Of a stretch of DNA of 64,000 nt, positions 59,944 to 64,000 are shown piece after piece (the first letter of the stretch is position 1; each line of letters begins with the position of its first letter). Below the pieces are notes generated by a model. That model saw nothing but the letters and a program-made list of their open reading frames with translations, did no database searches and was not told the DNA's origin. The translations under genes were made by a program, and so were the position numbers. Source of the stretch: Malacoraja senta (Eukaryota); NCBI GenBank assembly GCA_038087875.1, contig CM075990.1:3722001-3786000 (forward strand). The letters are read 5' to 3'.

Positions 59944-60351
59944 AAAAACGTTTCGAGTGTTTAAGTACAGGAAAATCTGGCTGTGGAAAAGATTGAGTAG
60001 CGCAGTCACTGATGGCCCTGTTTTGGCAGCATCACGACTGAAGGCAGCTACAGTATTCACTACACTCTGGTGTCCGTCAAAGCTCCCATTAATAACCGTG
60101 TCCTTTTCTCCACAGGACATGTTTCCGCTGCATCAAGTTACAGGCCAACTGCACCACGTTGAGGAAGAACACTCCGCCCCAGCGGGGGGAAACCGGAGCT
60201 CCCGGAGAAAACCCACGCAGGTCACGGGGAGAACGTACAAACTCCACCCGTGGTCAGGATGGAACCCGGGTCTCTGGCGGTGTGAGGCAGCAACTCCACC
60301 GCTGCACCACCGTTGGACATCTACAACAGTCGAGAACATTTGGCTGTGATT

Positions 60352-61718
60352 AGATGTGAGGTTATCCACTTTGGTGGCAAAAACAGGAAAGCAGACTATT
60401 ATCTAAATGGTGGCCGATTAGGAAAAGGGGAGATGCAGCGAGACCTGGGTGTCATGGTACACCAGTCATTGAAAGTAGGCATGCAGGTGCAGCAGGCAGT
60501 GAAGTAAGCGAATGGTATGTTAGCTTTCACAGCAAAAGGATTTGAGTATAGGAGCAGGCAGGTTCTACTGCAGTTGTACAGGGTCTTGGTGAGACCACAC
60601 CTGGAGTATTGCGTACAGTTTTGGTCTCCAAATCTGAGGAAGGACATTATAGCCATAGAGGGAGTGCAGAGAAGGTTCACCAGACTGATTCCTGGGATGT
60701 CAGGACTTTCATATGAAGAAAGACTGGATAGACTTGGCTTATACTCGCTAGAATTTAGGAGATTGAGAGGGGATCTTATAGAAACGTACAAAATTCTTAT
60801 GGGGTTGGACAGGGTAGATGCAGGAAGATTGTTCCCGATAGAAACATAGAAACATAGAAAGTAGGTGCGAGAGTAGACCACCAGGCCCATCGAGCCCGCA
60901 CCGCCATTCGCTCATGGCTGAACACTAAACAGACACCCTTACCCACAAACAGTAGACACAAGACACAGAACACAAGACACTACCCTCCCCTTTATATCGC
61001 TATCACCCCTCTCCACCCCAAGAACCGCGTGATCTCCTGGGGGAGGCAAAAAACCGGATAAAAACCCAGGTCCAATTCGGGAAAAAAATCCGGGAAATTT
61101 CTCTCCGACCCCAATCCAGGCGATCGACACTTGTCCAGGAGATCACTCAGGTCTTACTATACTAACCATACCTAGGTCCATATCCCTGCCCTCTCCCCGT
61201 AGCCCCTTATCCCCTTGGCAGCTAAAAAAACATCTATTTTAGACTTAAATATATTTAATGTTTCTGCTTCCACTGCTCCCTGGGGCAGTGAATTCCATAA
61301 ATTAACCACCCTCTGGGTGAAGAAGTTCTTCCTCATCTCAGTTTTAAAAGAGCCCCCTCTTATTCTACAACTATGTCCCCTAGTTAATCCCCGATGTTGG
61401 GGAAGTCCAGGACAAGGGGTCACAGCTTAAGGATAAGAGGGAAATCTTTTAAGACCGAGATGAGAAAAAACTTTTTCACACAGAGAGTGGTGAATCTCTG
61501 GAACTCTCTGCCACACAGGGTAGTTGAGGCCAGTTCATTGGCTATATTTAAGAGGGAGTTAGATGTGGCCCTTGTGGCTAAAGGGATCAGGGGGTATGGA
61601 GAGAAGGCAGGTACGGGATACTGAGTTGGATGATCAGCCATGATCATATTGAATGGCGGTGCAGGCTCGAAGGGCCGAATGGTCTACTCCTGCACCTATT
61701 TTCTATGTTTCTATGTAT
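60352..61718 (+). mobile_element. CR1 3' fragment interrupted by a second CR1 at 60840-61389
   Basis: ...GRLFP|MLGKSRTRGH is continuous across the insertion; cccgat duplicated at 60834-60839 and 61390-61395. Confidence 0.9.
60840..61389 (-). mobile_element. CR1 subfamily 3' end with a long structured 3' UTR
   Basis: TRGHSCRIRGGSFKTEMRKNFFTQRVVNLWNSLP, then ~330-nt UTR and (TTTCTATG)n tail. Confidence 0.85.
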
Positions 61719-62504
61719 CTATCTGGGGCAGCACAGTTGGCAGAGCTGCTGCCTCACAACGCCAGAGAGCCAGGTTCAATCCCGACCTCTGGTGCTGTCT
61801 GTGCGGAGTTTGCACGTTTTCCGGGAGCGCCCGTTTCATCCCATGTCCCAAAGACGTGCAGGTATGCAGGTTAATTAGCCTGCTGCAGTATGCAGGGAGT
61901 GAATGAGAAAGTTGTAATCCTGACCTGAATTTAGTTCAGTTTAGTTTATTGTCACGTGTACCGAGGTACAGTGAAAAGCTTTTTTATTGCGAACTAACCA
62001 GTCAGCGGAAAGACTACACATGATTACAATCAAGCCAAAATAGACCCAAAATGCTGGAGTAACCCAGCGGGGCAGGCAGCATCTCTGGAGAGAAGGAAGG
62101 GAGACATTTCGGGTCGAGACCCTTCTTCAGACTCGACCCAATACACACCCATTCAGCAATCTGAAGCAGGGTCTCGACCCGAAACGTCACCCATTCCTTC
62201 TCTCCAGAGATGCTGCCTGTCCCGCTGAGTTACTCCATCTTTTTGTATCTATCTTCGGTACAAACCAGCATCCGCAGTTCCTTCCCGCACATTACAATCG
62301 AGCCGTTCACAGTGTACAGATACATGATAAAGGGAATAAAGTGAATCTGTTAGAGTAGAGATTTAAAAGAGTGGAGCGATTGAAATGCGTGATTGCATAT
62401 CCACCATGCCCGAAGAGTCGCCTGGGCTGGGCACCATCTAGCCTGGTGAGCTTTTATGTTCTCCCTTTGACCACGTGGGTTTTCTCCAGGTGCCCTGGTT
62501 TCCT

Positions 62505-62950
62505 GTGTACAGAGAGGATTTACGAGGATGTTGCCAGGACTCAAGATAGAGGGAGCGGTTTTTCCTTGCTGCGCAGGAGGATGAGTGATCTTACAGAAGC
62601 ATATAAAATAGTGAGAGGAATAGACGCACAGAGTCTCGTGGCCAGAGTAGGGGAATCGAGAACCAGGGGACATAGGTTTAAGGTGAGGGGAGAAAGATTT
62701 AATAGGAACCTGAGGGGTAACTTTTCCACACAAATGATGGTGGGTGAATGGAATGAGCTGCCAGAGGAGGTAGTTGAGGCAGGGACCATCGCAATGTTTA
62801 AGAAACAGTTACGACAGGTACATGGATAAGACAGGTTTGGAGGGATATGGGGCAAACGCAAGCAAATGGGTCTAGTGTAGATGGGACATGTTGGTTGGTG
62901 TGGGCAAGTTGGGCCGAAGGGCCTGTTTCCACGTTGTTCTATGACTCTAT
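62505..62950 (+). mobile_element. CR1 (HER1-like) 3' fragment sharing its tail with the V-SINEs
   Basis: ESRTRGHRFKVRGERF...WNELPEEVVEAG; ends gggccgaagggcctgtttccacg. Confidence 0.8.
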
Positions 62951-63487
62951 CTACGACTAAGAGCATATAAATGGAGTCCTGCTGAGGAGATGATTGAGGA
63001 CCGCAATCACCTCGTGCTCTGGGATTTAGTAGCATTACTGGCGTCCCACGAGCGGAGTCAGCTGATGACCACACTCTGGTGTCCCCCCAACCTCCGGCAT
63101 TCCGGAAAACAACCTCCTCTTCCCCTCCAATTCACGGCAATACAATCAGCAACGTACTTGTTGACACTTCTCAGGATCAGCATGTCTATCGATTCGAGGC
63201 ACAAAAAGCTGGAGTAACTCAGCGGGACAGGCAGCTTCTCTGGAAAGAAGGAATAGGTAACATTTTGTGTCGAGACCCTTCTTCAGACAGAGTCAGGGGA
63301 GAAGGAGATACAGATAAGGAAGTGTAAGGTGTGAAAACGAGGGAAAGGGGATGGAGAGCAAGGAACATGTAGTATAGATCATTGTTAGAAGGTAGCAACA
63401 AAGCAGAAGGTGAAAATGAAGAAGCGTCTCGACCCGAAACGTCACCCGTTCCTTCTCTCCAGAAATGCTGCCTGTCCCGCTGAGTTA

Positions 63488-63833
63488 AGCCCTTGTCCCA
63501 CTTACGTGTCCTTGGCATGCTAATTACGCGACCTCATGATCGCGTTGAGGCGATGCTCCCACGAAGGTCGCGCGCAATTTCATGCGCCCGCACAACCGTC
63601 TGGAGCGCGTGACGTCATTTGAAGATGGGCACAAAATGTTGGAGTAACTCAGCGGGACCGGCAGCATCTCTGGAAAGAAGCAATGGGTGATGTTTCGTGT
63701 CGAGACTCTTCTTCAGTCTGAAAGAAGGGTCTTGACCCGAAACGTCACCCATTCCTTCTCTCCAGAGATGCTGCCGGTCCCGTAGAGTTACTCCAACATT
63801 TTGTGTCTATCTTCAATTTTCTTAGCCCCGCTC
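63488..63833. mobile_element. Second, inverted and truncated copy of the 2053-2755 MITE
   Basis: Reverse complement of ~2400-2755, including the Penelope palindrome; followed by a poly(T) tract that is probably another retroposon's tail. Confidence 0.85.
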
Positions 63834-64000
63834 TTTTTTTTTTTTTTTTTTCCGTAAATGTTTTTTACAAGGAAATGTACAATTTCCGTAAATGTACAAT
63901 TTACAAGGAAGGGTAGAAAGCTCACACAATTTAAAAAACATTTACACAAAACTATCAAATTAAAATATTAACATTTTTATCTATAATATATTCAACCTCC

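Noticed and set aside
60100..60180. Strong acceptor-like tccttttctccacag
   Set aside because: Runs into a SINE within ~70 nt; no donor or recognisable peptide

Overview
Eukaryotic, repeat-saturated genomic DNA, most likely from a cartilaginous fish such as a skate or ray (inferred from HE1/V-SINE-type SINEs, CR1 LINEs and Penelope repeats). No host gene is confidently recognisable. From left to right it contains: (1) a decayed endogenous retrovirus (LTR, tRNA-Ser PBS, gag/integrase/env remnants) with nested insertions; (2) a ~6.1-kb degenerate L1 with a TSD, inserted in a CR1; (3) a ~12.26-kb tandem amplification carrying two nearly identical full-length Tx1-clade LINEs in a (TC)n microsatellite, followed by a shorter third unit that keeps the empty site; (4) nested CR1, Rex1, Crack-like and Penelope fragments; (5) many Harbinger-type MITEs, SINEs and Penelope terminal repeats with hammerhead-ribozyme motifs. 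The most notable observations are the AUG-less, -1-overlapping Tx1 ORF2, a MITE family that captured an inverted pair of hammerhead repeats, a rearrangement junction at a predicted hammerhead cleavage site, reciprocal recombination junctions on one haplotype, and two inverted paralogous exon-like segments. Family names come from motif recognition, not database searches, and boundaries of decayed fragments are approximate.
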